Assembly: GCA_026395175.1 (NCBI GenBank)
Contig: JAPLZF010000015.1
Location: 21,066-85,065, forward strand
Direction: 5' to 3'
From: Candidatus Staskawiczbacteria bacterium
GTDB taxonomy: Bacteria > Patescibacteriota > Minisyncoccia > Minisyncoccales > Staskawiczbacteraceae
Length of the DNA stretch: 64,000 bases
The position numbers were made by a program, and so were the translations under genes. The notes under the pieces are model-generated. The model saw only the letters and a program-made list of their open reading frames with translations. It was not told the origin of the DNA and did not search any database. Shown piece by piece: positions 24,575 to 33,489 of this stretch. Each line of letters starts with the position of its first letter. The first letter of the stretch is position 1.

Positions 24575-26305
24575 TTAACTTTTAAATTTAACTTTTCTTA
24601 AAAACGCTGGTATTTCCCATTCTTTTTCCTGCGCCAATCTCTTTTTTTCTAAAAGTTCTTCGGCTTCTTTGATTTCCAAACCGCTTCTCCTTATTGTTTT
24701 TTTAATTGAAGATGATGCTTCAACAACATCTAGTCTTCTTTGTTCTAAAACCGGAATACCCGGAGAGCGCTCGGGAACAGGAACCTCAAACACAGGAATA
24801 ATGGAAACCTGCTTTTCCTTCTTTTTTACCGACTTTTTATTTTTTACCCGTTCGACTCCGCTCAGGGCAGGTTTTTTCGCTTTTGGTTTTGCTTCTTTTT
24901 TGATTATTTTTTCAACAGGCTCTGGCTTAACTAATTTTGCGGGTTCTATTTTCTCCTCAATTATTTTTTCTTCGGCTTGCCCGCCGGTCATCAAAATTGT
25001 GGTTTTTATTTTGTTTTTCAGCTTTGAATCTTTTGAAATTCCAAAAATAATTTTTGCTTTAGGATTTTGGTTAGATATGTGGCTGCTGATTTTTTCCACT
25101 TCAAACATTGAAAGATTTTCAGAACCCACAATATTGAACAAAATCTTTTCCGCTTTCAAATTGCTGTTCTGCAAAAGAGGATTTTTAAAAATATTTTCGC
25201 AGGTTTTTTCCACTCTGTTTTTGCCTTGCTGTTCAATGGTGTTTAAAAATGCCGAATTTCCCCTGCCTTTTAAAATTGTCCGCAAATCGGCAAAATCAAT
25301 ATTTATAATTCCCGGATTGTAAATTAGGTCTATTAAGCTTTCCAAAGATTCAATCAGGCTTTTATTGACGGTTGAAAAAGCATTTGTAATTGGCGTTGAT
25401 TCGTCAATAATTTTAAAAATTTTCTCATTGGGAATCACCAGAGAAACATTTAACGATTGGCGTAAAGATTTTAAGGCATTCAAAGCTATGCGCTGTTTGT
25501 TTTTGCCTTCAAATTTAAATGGCATTGTAAATATGCCAAAAGTAATTCCGCCAAAATCTTTTGCGGCTTCCGCAAAAACCTGCGTGGCTCCAGAGCCCAA
25601 TCCTCCTCCCAAAGAAGCCACAAAAATTATTATGTCTTGGTTTTCAAAAAATGCGCCAATTTTTTCTTTGGCCGACTCGGCCGCTTGTTTTGCCAGCTCA
25701 ACATTAACTCCGGTTCCCAAGCCGTGAGTCATTTCCTCGCCAAACCAGAAATATTTTATTCCGGATTTCTTTTTTAATGCCCGAATGTCGGTGTCGGCAA
25801 TAACAAAAGTTGCCTTTTCCAAGGACCTGCCAATTTCAGAAACAATTGAGCCACCTCCCCCGCCAATTCCAATAACTTTAATTTTTGCCTTAAACAAAGA
25901 CTCTGCCGGAAACTCTGTTATTTGAGGTTTTGGAGAGGCTTTTCTTGCCCTGTTAAATAATTTCGGCTTTGCCGAAATTCCCGCTTTGCGGGATTTAACA
26001 GGGTGAACTTTTTTAATAATTAACTTTTTTACAAGTTTTTTTGTTTTTACAGGCTTACGCTTTACTATTTTTTTTATTATCTTTTTAGGTTTTACAGCCT
26101 TTTTTATTGCCTTTCTTGCCCTGTTAAATAATTTCGGCTTTGCCGAAATTCCCGCTTTGCGGGATTTAACAGGGTGAACTTTTTTGACAATTTTTTTCTT
26201 ATTTAAAATCTTCCTGCGTTTTGCGGGCTTCTTTTTTTTTATTATATTTTTTTTCCCTCGCCTCGCCGAAGCTTTACGCGAAGGCGGGTTCTTTTTCTTT
26301 GGCAT
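24575..26305 (-). CDS. ftsZ: Cell division GTPase FtsZ with a long lysine-rich repeat-containing N-terminal extension
   Basis: Tubulin/FtsZ motifs are VIGIGGGGGSIV and ASLGGGLGSGATQV. The preferred start is MPKKKNPP (26305), which has a TATAAT 6 nt upstream. The ORF track extends to 26344. Confidence 0.9.
   Translation of the reverse strand: MPKKKNPPSRKASARRGKKNIIKKKKPAKRRKILNKKKIVKKVHPVKSRKAGISAKPKLFNRARKAIKKAVKPKKIIKKIVKRKPVKTKKLVKKLIIKKVHPVKSRKAGISAKPKLFNRARKASPKPQITEFPAESLFKAKIKVIGIGGGGGSIVSEIGRSLEKATFVIADTDIRALKKKSGIKYFWFGEEMTHGLGTGVNVELAKQAAESAKEKIGAFFENQDIIIFVASLGGGLGSGATQVFAEAAKDFGGITFGIFTMPFKFEGKNKQRIALNALKSLRQSLNVSLVIPNEKIFKIIDESTPITNAFSTVNKSLIESLESLIDLIYNPGIINIDFADLRTILKGRGNSAFLNTIEQQGKNRVEKTCENIFKNPLLQNSNLKAEKILFNIVGSENLSMFEVEKISSHISNQNPKAKIIFGISKDSKLKNKIKTTILMTGGQAEEKIIEEKIEPAKLVKPEPVEKIIKKEAKPKAKKPALSGVERVKNKKSVKKKEKQVSIIPVFEVPVPERSPGIPVLEQRRLDVVEASSSIKKTIRRSGLEIKEAEELLEKKRLAQEKEWEIPAFLRKVKFKS
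25944..26008. repeat. Nested-palindrome repeat, copy 2 (inside ftsZ coding sequence)
   Basis: CTTGCCCTGTTAAAT-AATTTCGGCTTTGCCGAAATT-CCCGCTTTGCGGG-ATTTAACAGGGTGAAC. It is translated in frame as VHPVKSRKAGISAKPKLFNRARKA. Confidence 0.85.
26115..26179. repeat. Nested-palindrome repeat, copy 3 (inside ftsZ, 171 nt from copy 2)
   Basis: The 65 nt are identical to copy 2. A 171-nt (57-codon) tandem duplication keeps the frame. Confidence 0.85.
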
Positions 26306-26472
26306 TATATTATTATATGTTAACTGCTTATAAAATAAAATCAAGAGTTGACAAAAATTATAAAAAAAAGAGGCCAGCTAATGCGTGATGCACCAACTGA
26401 CCTTTATGTTTCTTATCGGCTCAGAGAGCCATTTAGACGAAGGGTTGCATTGCCTTCATCAATTTGTCCCAG

Positions 26473-27048
26473 TCATCCTTGGGTTTCCATGACACGTTGC
26501 CTCGGGCAATGTCGTCGGCAACCGCCGGGTCGTCTGAGGTTAATCAGCTCCTCTGTTGTTGAAAAATTGTTGCAGACATCCTCCACAATGGCATAGCGCA
26601 AACCTTTTTCCACGCTATGCCTGCCGAAAACCAGCTTCGACTTCTCGCGGGCACTTTCTGTTGCCAGCGCAGTAACTTTCTTCTCGGCCTTAATCACATT
26701 GTTGTCCGTAATCATACCCAATGCGGTTGCCAAGGAATATCCGCCAATTGGCGCTCCGCAGAGAACATCAATATCTGCGATATCGATAATACTTTCGGCC
26801 TTCGTTGCCAGGCATCGCGCGAAAAACAGCAAAACATTGGGATGGATTTCGGCCATGGCAAAGTTTGCGTAAGTTTCGCCAACCCATTGCAATTGCAGTC
26901 CATTTGGCCCTTGATACTTGCCGGCATAACCAACCAGCGGGCCCATTCGTTCTCCGGTTCCTTCACTGATTGGACAGTCATAAAACCCGCCACACCGGCG
27001 CAGAGTTTCAAGGTGTCTTTCCTCCGCGATTTCGACATGTCTTATCAT
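26473..27048 (-). CDS. Type I phosphoribosyltransferase, OPRTase (PyrE)-like; possible frameshift near the 3' end
   Basis: 191 aa with a PRPP-binding loop YAIVEDVCNNFSTT. The tail PGGCRRHCPRQRVMETQG looks out of frame. The +1 frame from ~26520 reads AVADDIARGNVSWKPKDDWDKLMKAMQPFV and stops at 26433. Visibly GC-rich. Confidence 0.65.
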   Translation of the reverse strand: MIRHVEIAEERHLETLRRCGGFYDCPISEGTGERMGPLVGYAGKYQGPNGLQLQWVGETYANFAMAEIHPNVLLFFARCLATKAESIIDIADIDVLCGAPIGGYSLATALGMITDNNVIKAEKKVTALATESAREKSKLVFGRHSVEKGLRYAIVEDVCNNFSTTEELINLRRPGGCRRHCPRQRVMETQG

Positions 27049-27086
27049 AATCGTGTTTTCCTTTCTTGGTTATGGTTGTCGAATAT

Positions 27087-27860
27087 TTAAGACAGAGCTG
27101 CTTGTATTTCGTCGGCGATACGTTTCGCCGCATCGACCGGCGAACCCACCGACTCGGGCGGTTTAGTGATGGGCCGCCCAATGACAAGATAATCCGCGCC
27201 TGCTTTGATAGCTTCCCCAGGAGTCATAACGCGCTTCTGATCGTCTGTGGAAGCCCATTCCGGCCGAACGCCAGGTGTGACTATCAGCAGGTCGTCAAGT
27301 TCGTGGTTCTCACGCAGAAGAACCAGTTCCTGCGGCGAGCAGATGATGCCGCTTGCACCCGCCTTCTTGAGCATCTTGGCAAAATATAACACTTTCTTGC
27401 CAGGCACGTCCCCGAAGATTGAATCGCGGCATTCTTCCTCGCCTATGGAGGTCAATACGGTGACGCCCAAGACTTGAGAAAGGCCACGGTTGGCGACTGC
27501 CGCCTCGATTGCCTTCAATCCGGCCGACGCGTGCACATTGAAAAACTTGACGCCCATGCTCGACACCGCTAGCGAGGCTTTACCGACTGTGTTGGGAATA
27601 TCCGCGAGCTTTGTATCCAGAAACTCGTGCGCGCCGCTGATACTCTTCATCAAATTTCGGAAAAAGCGCAGTGCCCCAATGGCGTCTGCGTTCTCTTCCA
27701 CCAACAAGCTGGCCATGATGGAGTATATTAGCTCCAACCCTATCTTGAACATTCCCACGTGTCCCGTGAGCTTGTCCACTAGCTTCTGTGCCTCTTGCGC
27801 GCTTGAAACATCAAGCGGCAGGATAATCCTATCTTTTGGATCCACATCCTTCTGTCTCAT
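27087..27860 (-). CDS. pyrF: Orotidine-5'-phosphate decarboxylase
   Basis: 257 aa. Contains ILPLDV, FKIGLEL, DTKLADIPNTV and LVIGRPI, which are OMPdecase motifs. The strong SD TAAGGAGGAG sits 6 nt upstream. Visibly GC-rich. Confidence 0.85.
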   Translation of the reverse strand: MRQKDVDPKDRIILPLDVSSAQEAQKLVDKLTGHVGMFKIGLELIYSIMASLLVEENADAIGALRFFRNLMKSISGAHEFLDTKLADIPNTVGKASLAVSSMGVKFFNVHASAGLKAIEAAVANRGLSQVLGVTVLTSIGEEECRDSIFGDVPGKKVLYFAKMLKKAGASGIICSPQELVLLRENHELDDLLIVTPGVRPEWASTDDQKRVMTPGEAIKAGADYLVIGRPITKPPESVGSPVDAAKRIADEIQAALS

Positions 27861-27944
27861 GAAAACTCCTCCTTAAATGTGAACGAACTGCTAGTCAGCG
27901 CGCGGGGAACCCCACGCTACAAACTGACCTTTTAATTACTTTAA

Positions 27945-27970
27945 CAAAAAAAAACGAGCTGTCAACTCGT
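27945..27970 (-). terminator. Rho-independent terminator after the response-regulator gene
   Basis: The minus strand reads ACGAG-ttgacag-CTCGT followed by T9. Confidence 0.55.
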
Positions 27971-27997
27971 TTTGAAATTTTTGCGCGCTTTTCTATT

Positions 27998-28381
27998 TTA
28001 TGCCTTTACGCCCAGCCTTTCTTTTACTATGCCGACAATTTGGTCAATGTGCAAATCGGACTTTATAATGTAATCTGTTTCTTTCACTATTTCCACCGCT
28101 TCGCCAATATGCCCGGCGTCTTTTAAATTAGTCAAAAATATAATATGCAAGTTGATGCCTTTTTCCTTCAGCTTTTTTGCCATTGTTATGCCGTCCATTT
28201 TGGGCAGTAAAATATCTAAAAGAACCAAATCTGGCTTCTCTTCTTCAGCCATTTTTAATCCTTCTTCGCCGTCTTGGGCAAAAACCACAAAAAATCCTTC
28301 TTTGTCAAAACTCTGCCTGAGAATCCAAAGGAATTCTTTGTCGTCTTCCACAATTAATATTTTTTTGTTTGATTTCTCCAT
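27998..28381 (-). CDS. Single-domain response regulator (CheY-like receiver)
   Basis: 127 aa. Has KILIVEDD, the phospho-acceptor context DLVLLDILLPKMDG, and a conserved Lys region. No output domain. Confidence 0.85.
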   Translation of the reverse strand: MEKSNKKILIVEDDKEFLWILRQSFDKEGFFVVFAQDGEEGLKMAEEEKPDLVLLDILLPKMDGITMAKKLKEKGINLHIIFLTNLKDAGHIGEAVEIVKETDYIIKSDLHIDQIVGIVKERLGVKA

Positions 28382-28446
28382 ATTACTTTATTTTATACCC
28401 ACAAACGCAAGAATACCAGTCAAGCTCCATAAGTTATGCACAGGCG

Positions 28447-30066
28447 CTAATTCCTTGGCAATTCTATGTAAAAAGTCGAGCCCTTGCCTTCGCCTGCAGA
28501 TTCCACCCAAATTTTTCCGTTGTGCGCCTTGATAATCTGGCTGGCAAGATATAAGCCAATTCCCCTGCCCATGGTAAAACTTTTTTTAGATTCAGATGTT
28601 CTTTCAAAAATATTGTCAAAAAGTTTTGGCAGTCTTTCTTTTGAAATGCCCATTCCGGTATCTTTAATTTCAATTTTCACTTTTTGGCTTTCAACTTTCA
28701 AACTCATTGCCACTTCTCCTTTTTCGGTATATTTTACCGCGTTGTCAAAAATATTAACCAAAGCCGCTTTCAATTTTGACTCGTCGGCTCTTATAATGCA
28801 ATCCCCTTCGGGCTTTTCCAATTTCAAATGAATTCCTTTTGCTTCTGCTTCAAGTTTTATGTCTCCGACAACTTCTTCCAAAATTGGCGGCAAATTAACG
28901 CCGTCTTTCAAAGAAATCACCTGCTTGCCCAGCTGGAATTGCGTAACATCTAAAAAATCATTTACCATTTTAATCAGGCTGGTTGTGGACGCCTCAAATT
29001 TTTCTATAACCTCTCTGATTTTTGGCGGCACTTTGCCAAACGCCCCGCTCAACAGCAAATCGGAATACCCGCGCATTGAAGTAAGCGGAGTCCTCAAATG
29101 ATGCTGAATTGTCATCAAAAACTGGTTTTTAACATTGTCCAGCTCCGCCAACTCCGCATTGGCCTTTTTCTCAACATCATACGCCCGCTTAATCTCCTCC
29201 GCCATCTTCTCCATTTTCTCTTTCTGCTCAACTTCTTTTATAACACTGCGAATAAGCAACACCCCAAAAAACACCACAAAAAATAAAATAACTCCATTAA
29301 ATATAATATCTTGAAATGTTACTGACCAAAAAGTTCTTGCCATTAATACTAACCATAATGCAAAAGTTAATAATTCTGTAGCAATTATACGAACATTGAA
29401 AAGGTGGTGTTTGGTTATTGCATATCCTGTAAAACCGACAAAGAATATAAAACAGGGGGCATCAAGCAATGTAAAACTATAGATATTAAAAAAGATTGGC
29501 ATTATCAAGCTAAAAACTGTTGCAAAACCAGAATACAGAAGCATCCCGCACAAGATATAATTTAATTGAGTTCTTCTCGAAAAATCAGATACTTTTTCAG
29601 CTGCTCTCTGATTGTAATAAATTAGCCATGCAAAAAAAACAATGTAGCTCGCAAGATAAAAAGTGTATATCATGAAAAGCGGGCCGAGTGTTCCTTCATA
29701 ACCCAACATAGATAATCCTCTTATTTCTTTTACTATCAAACCATCCATAAAAGCAATTACGAAAAAAATTAAACCCGATCCAAAAAATAAAAAATAAAGC
29801 CATTTCTTAATATGAAAATTACAAATTTCAAATATCCAAAGACTCGCTGCAAGTGGTATCAAAACAGCAAATGCATAAGAACATCTTAAAATAAACAATG
29901 CTGGGAAAAATCTAAATATAAAATCAAAAAAAATCTGCACAGAAACTACAAGACAAAATATTCCAAAATAAATATTAAGTTTTGCCTTGGGATTGCTTCT
30001 CCATACTAATATGCCAATTAATGAGTTTAACACTCCCGACAAAAATATAATCCAATCTACATTCAT
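28447..30066 (-). CDS. Sensor histidine kinase with a multi-TM N-terminal sensor
   Basis: 539 aa with about 7 TM helices. The H-box is FLMTIQHHLRTPLTSM, the N-box is NIFDNAVKYT, and the G-boxes are DTGMGI and GRGIGL. Confidence 0.85.
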   Translation of the reverse strand: MNVDWIIFLSGVLNSLIGILVWRSNPKAKLNIYFGIFCLVVSVQIFFDFIFRFFPALFILRCSYAFAVLIPLAASLWIFEICNFHIKKWLYFLFFGSGLIFFVIAFMDGLIVKEIRGLSMLGYEGTLGPLFMIYTFYLASYIVFFAWLIYYNQRAAEKVSDFSRRTQLNYILCGMLLYSGFATVFSLIMPIFFNIYSFTLLDAPCFIFFVGFTGYAITKHHLFNVRIIATELLTFALWLVLMARTFWSVTFQDIIFNGVILFFVVFFGVLLIRSVIKEVEQKEKMEKMAEEIKRAYDVEKKANAELAELDNVKNQFLMTIQHHLRTPLTSMRGYSDLLLSGAFGKVPPKIREVIEKFEASTTSLIKMVNDFLDVTQFQLGKQVISLKDGVNLPPILEEVVGDIKLEAEAKGIHLKLEKPEGDCIIRADESKLKAALVNIFDNAVKYTEKGEVAMSLKVESQKVKIEIKDTGMGISKERLPKLFDNIFERTSESKKSFTMGRGIGLYLASQIIKAHNGKIWVESAGEGKGSTFYIELPRN

Positions 30067-30070
30067 AAAT

Positions 30071-31135
30071 TTATATTGATGTTATTGATAAAAAATTTTT
30101 ATATAAAATATTTGAAATAATATTTTCTTTTTGTTCTCCATTTCTAACACTTTCCAAGGCCAAATAAATAAAAGCTAAATTGTATGCTATCCTATTATAT
30201 AGTGCATCTGATCCAAATACAATTTTTTGACTGGGAATAAATTGCAAAGTATTTCTTATGAAAGATGGTGAAACGCCTGCTGTATCAAAATAAATATTAT
30301 TAAACTTTTTAGCAATTATCTTCATCAACTTATAATCAGGATTTATAATTCCAAAGTGACCTAAATGTGCTATTACTATCGGAATATTATAATTCTCAAA
30401 AAGTTCGCTTTTACCATTGATATCGCAAAAATTTCTGAGCATGGCATTCATACGACTTCTAGGAATGTTTCCTTTATACTTTGGATCGGTAAAATCTGTG
30501 TAAAGAGAAACGCCGCCATGGAATAAAAGATATAAATGTTCTTTCTCTGCAAATTTATATATGTGATGTAATTTTTCTCCTAATTCTGGTGAATTTTGGC
30601 TTGGCTGTGGTTTAAAGTTTTGTAAATTTGGATGAAGTTTTATCCCGACAATTTTATATTTTTCTTTAATATTTGTTAAATAATTATCAATTTCTTCTGT
30701 TCTAATATTATGGATATCGACAGACCCTAATGCAATTAATCTATCTGATAAAAATTTTTCTCCTATTATTTCTGTTGGAAGCCAAGGAGCCACAGGTAGC
30801 ATCACAGCAGAATCTACAAATGATAAATCCATTTCATCTAAAATTCTCTTCTCTGCAATGCTCATACAATTATTTTTAATTATTTTATTTATCTCTTTGG
30901 GTAATAATTTATAAAATAATTTTGAACCAACTTGAGCTATCTTGCCATAATTAAATTTTTCGAGGACGCCAGGAACCAGATAATCTGCTTTTGCATATTC
31001 ATTTTTTACATCTGTATAATGAACAACTCCCATTACATCCAAAGGATGGACGTGCGTATCTATGATTCGTAAGCCTGTATTTTTTTTCAGCTCTGAAATC
31101 TTCGAAAGAATTGAAACAACCTTCTGTTTATTCAT
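30071..31135 (-). CDS. Amidohydrolase-family metal-dependent hydrolase (TIM barrel)
   Basis: Has IDTHVHP near the N-terminus and later His/Asp positions (FHGG, AHLGH, GSDA). The start was moved to MNKQKVV (31135), which has TGGTATAAT 6 nt upstream. The 32 upstream codons in the ORF track translate a promoter and repeat. Confidence 0.6.
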   Translation of the reverse strand: MNKQKVVSILSKISELKKNTGLRIIDTHVHPLDVMGVVHYTDVKNEYAKADYLVPGVLEKFNYGKIAQVGSKLFYKLLPKEINKIIKNNCMSIAEKRILDEMDLSFVDSAVMLPVAPWLPTEIIGEKFLSDRLIALGSVDIHNIRTEEIDNYLTNIKEKYKIVGIKLHPNLQNFKPQPSQNSPELGEKLHHIYKFAEKEHLYLLFHGGVSLYTDFTDPKYKGNIPRSRMNAMLRNFCDINGKSELFENYNIPIVIAHLGHFGIINPDYKLMKIIAKKFNNIYFDTAGVSPSFIRNTLQFIPSQKIVFGSDALYNRIAYNLAFIYLALESVRNGEQKENIISNILYKNFLSITSI

Positions 31136-31185
31136 TTTTCTATTATACCACAAAAATAAAAACGGGACACAACCAAAAACCCGAC

Positions 31186-31210
31186 CAACTCGGGTTAATT
31201 GGTTAGAAAT
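31186..31210. repeat. 25-nt conserved box, copy 1 (upstream of the amidohydrolase promoter)
   Basis: CAACTCGGGTTAATTGGTTAGAAAT is identical to 40565-40589. Confidence 0.8.
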
Positions 31211-31329
31211 GATGGCTGTCCTAATTTTCATTTTCTTGACCCCATTTTCTGCAAAAGCAAACCTCTTCTTATAGGCGATGAAGATGATAAAATTATCTTT
31301 TTCATTATAATATTAAAATTATTATTTTT

Positions 31330-31902
31330 TTAAGGACATGTATCTACGTCTTTAAGTCTAGGATATAGAATAACATCTCTAATATTATCTCTACATAGAC
31401 TCCATGTTATAAAACGCTCTATCCCTAAACCGAAACCAGATGTTGTTTGATAGTTTGGAATTTTTCTTAAATTTATATACCACTCGTAAGGCTTACGATC
31501 TATTTTTTGTCTTGATAGCGAATCTATCATTTCTTTAGCATTGTCTTGTCTTTGCCCTGATCCGACAACTTCCCCGCCAAAAGAATTTTTTATTATCGGA
31601 GGAAAAATAAGATCGGCGTTTATGGTTTTATTAAAATCTAAGGGATCCGGCTTCTGATAAAATGCCACTGTATCGCGATCATATTTTTTAATCCAAAAAG
31701 GCGCCTTGAAATTAAAAATTTCTGCTGGTTTAACTCCAGGACAATTTATAAGTCTTAACAATTTTTTTGTTGAAACTGAAAATAGCATGGTTATACCTTT
31801 ACCCCTATATTCAGACGGAACATCAATAACAAAATCTCTCAATCTAATTTTCTCCCGTATCTTGTAATTGATAGAACTCTCGTCGATTGATAATTCTTTC
31901 AT
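31330..31902 (-). CDS. Truncated class II aaRS-like protein (AsnRS/AspRS C-terminal catalytic part only)
   Basis: 190 aa. GGEVVGSGQRQDN...YEWYINLRK...TSGFGLGIERFITW...NIRDVILYPR matches the motif 3 region of AsnRS/AspRS. There is no anticodon-binding domain and no motif 1 or 2. Confidence 0.6.
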   Translation of the reverse strand: MKELSIDESSINYKIREKIRLRDFVIDVPSEYRGKGITMLFSVSTKKLLRLINCPGVKPAEIFNFKAPFWIKKYDRDTVAFYQKPDPLDFNKTINADLIFPPIIKNSFGGEVVGSGQRQDNAKEMIDSLSRQKIDRKPYEWYINLRKIPNYQTTSGFGLGIERFITWSLCRDNIRDVILYPRLKDVDTCP

Positions 31903-31952
31903 TTTTTTATTATACCATAAACTATCACAAAACAGCTCCTGACCCGTTTATA

Positions 31953-32453
31953 TTAATGAATCTGGGGCCGCTGAGCCTCAAATACTTTTTTATCGTAATT
32001 CCACCCCACCGTTATATCATCTGAAACACCTTTCCCATTATCAGTAAGAAGATACAAAACAAAATTATCACTTTTGATACTGACAAATTTATATCCGTAA
32101 AACTTATCTTTCACTATTTCCTGATCTTTACCTTTGGTGTTGAAAAAACCATCGCTATTTATTTTGTAAATGACGATTTTTTTTCCATCTACTTCCTTCG
32201 TTATATACAACGAAGTAAATACATCTTTATTAAGATAAGTTACATACGCATCTCCAAGAATTGAACCGTCTGGAGTTTTAAGCGTGCTTACTAGAGTTAT
32301 ATCGCTTTTATTAAAAGTTATTTTTTTATGCGTATCGATGCGTTGGACCAAATAAAGCAAAGCAGTAATAACAATTAAAGCTACTACTAATATGGAAATA
32401 AATTTAATTATTGTTTTAGTCATATAAGTTATCATTGAGTGATTTTTTGCCAA
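31953..32453 (-). CDS. Membrane-anchored immunity-protein candidate for the NlpC/P60 toxin
   Basis: 166 aa with an N-terminal TM. It lies immediately downstream of, and overlapping, the orphan Rhs-CT gene. No motif recognised. Confidence 0.4.
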   Translation of the reverse strand: MAKNHSMITYMTKTIIKFISILVVALIVITALLYLVQRIDTHKKITFNKSDITLVSTLKTPDGSILGDAYVTYLNKDVFTSLYITKEVDGKKIVIYKINSDGFFNTKGKDQEIVKDKFYGYKFVSIKSDNFVLYLLTDNGKGVSDDITVGWNYDKKVFEAQRPQIH

Positions 32454-33445
32454 TCTAATTGTCTGTGATAGATAGATCCTCCTTGTTTGTAAGTGTAATC
32501 ATCTTGGTAATTGGTTGGAGTTAATAGCACTCCTGTATCGGGATTTAATGGATTAACCATTGAACCATTGCCAACATTAGTTGTTACGTGATCTATTCTA
32601 CCATCTGAGGTGTAATCATAAAATGTCACCGTGCCCCTACTCCTACTATCTGATGAAACTGAATAATTTCTATATAAGTCATCCGCACCGCGATCTCCAA
32701 AGTTCGGATTTGCACTTTGTCTAATACCATAGATAACTGCCCCAGAACAATCAACAGAATCAGGTCCGTTGGCTCCCCACACATAAGGTTTTCCAACAAG
32801 TTTCTCTTCAATTGCAGCATATTTGCCATTATAATATTGTGTCGTTTGGATTTTTGGCGACTGATGAGATGAATAAGAAGGTTGTGCAATTGATATACTA
32901 CTTGGACTCTTATTTTGCAAATGGTTCGGAGATATACTGCCATCGCCTCCGCCAATTACAGTTGACAGTAATGATTTCCACGCAGATACAAGAGAACTAA
33001 TAATAGAAACCAACGATGATGCTCGACCACTCGGATCACTCCGATTGATAGGGTTGTCATTCGCGTATGAGTAACTATTCAAAGCTTGCGGGTTTGCCAA
33101 AAGCGTTTGCTGGTCTTGTCCAGTAAGTTGTTTTATTTGATTTTCATCGCCAATCGCGAGAGCGACCGGGTCTTCGCTTGTGAATCTTGCCAGCGCGGAG
33201 TTGTAGTATCTTGCGTTGAGGTAATTTAATCCTGTGTCGGCGTCAAACTCCTGTCCAATGTATTTCCTCTGCTCTGAAAAGGCAGAGGACCCTGAGCCCG
33301 TCGAAGGGTGCGTATCAATTCTAATTGCTCCAAATGGGAAGTAATCTAAAGTTTCAGCAATAGTGCCGGCGGAGTCGGTCATCACGCTGGATGAGTTAAG
33401 ATTTTCTGCGTGGTTATAATATATTTTAGCATTAATTCCTATCAT
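32432..33445 (-). CDS. Orphan Rhs C-terminal cassette: Rhs core end plus NlpC/P60 peptidoglycan hydrolase toxin domain
   Basis: AKIYYN..LNSSSVMTDSAG...DYFPFG...QRKYIGQEFDADTGLNYLNARYYNSALARF.SEDP parallels the main Rhs. The C-terminus GKPYVWGANGPDSVDCSGAVIYG has the NlpC/P60 catalytic Cys. The start is set to MIGIN (33445), 6 nt after TGGTATAAT. Confidence 0.75.
   Translation of the reverse strand: MIGINAKIYYNHAENLNSSSVMTDSAGTIAETLDYFPFGAIRIDTHPSTGSGSSAFSEQRKYIGQEFDADTGLNYLNARYYNSALARFTSEDPVALAIGDENQIKQLTGQDQQTLLANPQALNSYSYANDNPINRSDPSGRASSLVSIISSLVSAWKSLLSTVIGGGDGSISPNHLQNKSPSSISIAQPSYSSHQSPKIQTTQYYNGKYAAIEEKLVGKPYVWGANGPDSVDCSGAVIYGIRQSANPNFGDRGADDLYRNYSVSSDSRSRGTVTFYDYTSDGRIDHVTTNVGNGSMVNPLNPDTGVLLTPTNYQDDYTYKQGGSIYHRQLDWQKITQ
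33193..33266. repeat. 74-bp segment identical to 34721-34794 (Rhs core-end recombination substrate)
   Basis: AATCTTGCCAGCGCGGAGTTGTAGTATCTTGCGTTGAGGTAATTTAATCCTGTGTCGGCGTCAAACTCCTGTCC occurs in both copies, and the flanks are homologous but diverged. Confidence 0.85.
33288..33310. repeat. Short GC-rich repeat, copy in the orphan Rhs cassette (encodes HPSTGSGS)
   Basis: GGACCCTGAGCCCGTCGAAGGGTG. It is absent from the paralogous position of the main Rhs, which reads DNKTSSFTEQRKY. Confidence 0.7.
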
Positions 33446-33489
33446 AAAACAATTATACCACACAGCGACTAATTATCACAAAAAGGCTC

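Noticed and set aside
24669-25727. Long plus-strand ORFs antisense to ftsZ (24669-25322, 25365-25727)
   Set aside because: Low-complexity translations with no motifs. They lie fully inside a gene with unambiguous FtsZ signatures on the other strand.
25930-26200. Possible CRISPR-like regular repeats
   Set aside because: There are only two copies, 171 nt apart, both translated in frame within ftsZ. There is no spacer array and no cas genes anywhere in the window.
26348-26596. Plus-strand 82-aa ORF overlapping the 3' end of the PRTase-like gene
   Set aside because: It is an antisense shadow in GC-rich DNA. The minus-strand alternative frame gives a protein-like C-terminus, which supports a frameshift instead.
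31136-31231. Upstream extensions of ORF-track starts (30071-31231; also 33956-40567, 17777-17995, 18005-18298, 32432-33463, 24575-26344)
   Set aside because: The extra codons translate promoters, hairpins or repeat boxes. Downstream Met codons give proper signal peptides or conserved N-termini and sit right after -10 boxes.
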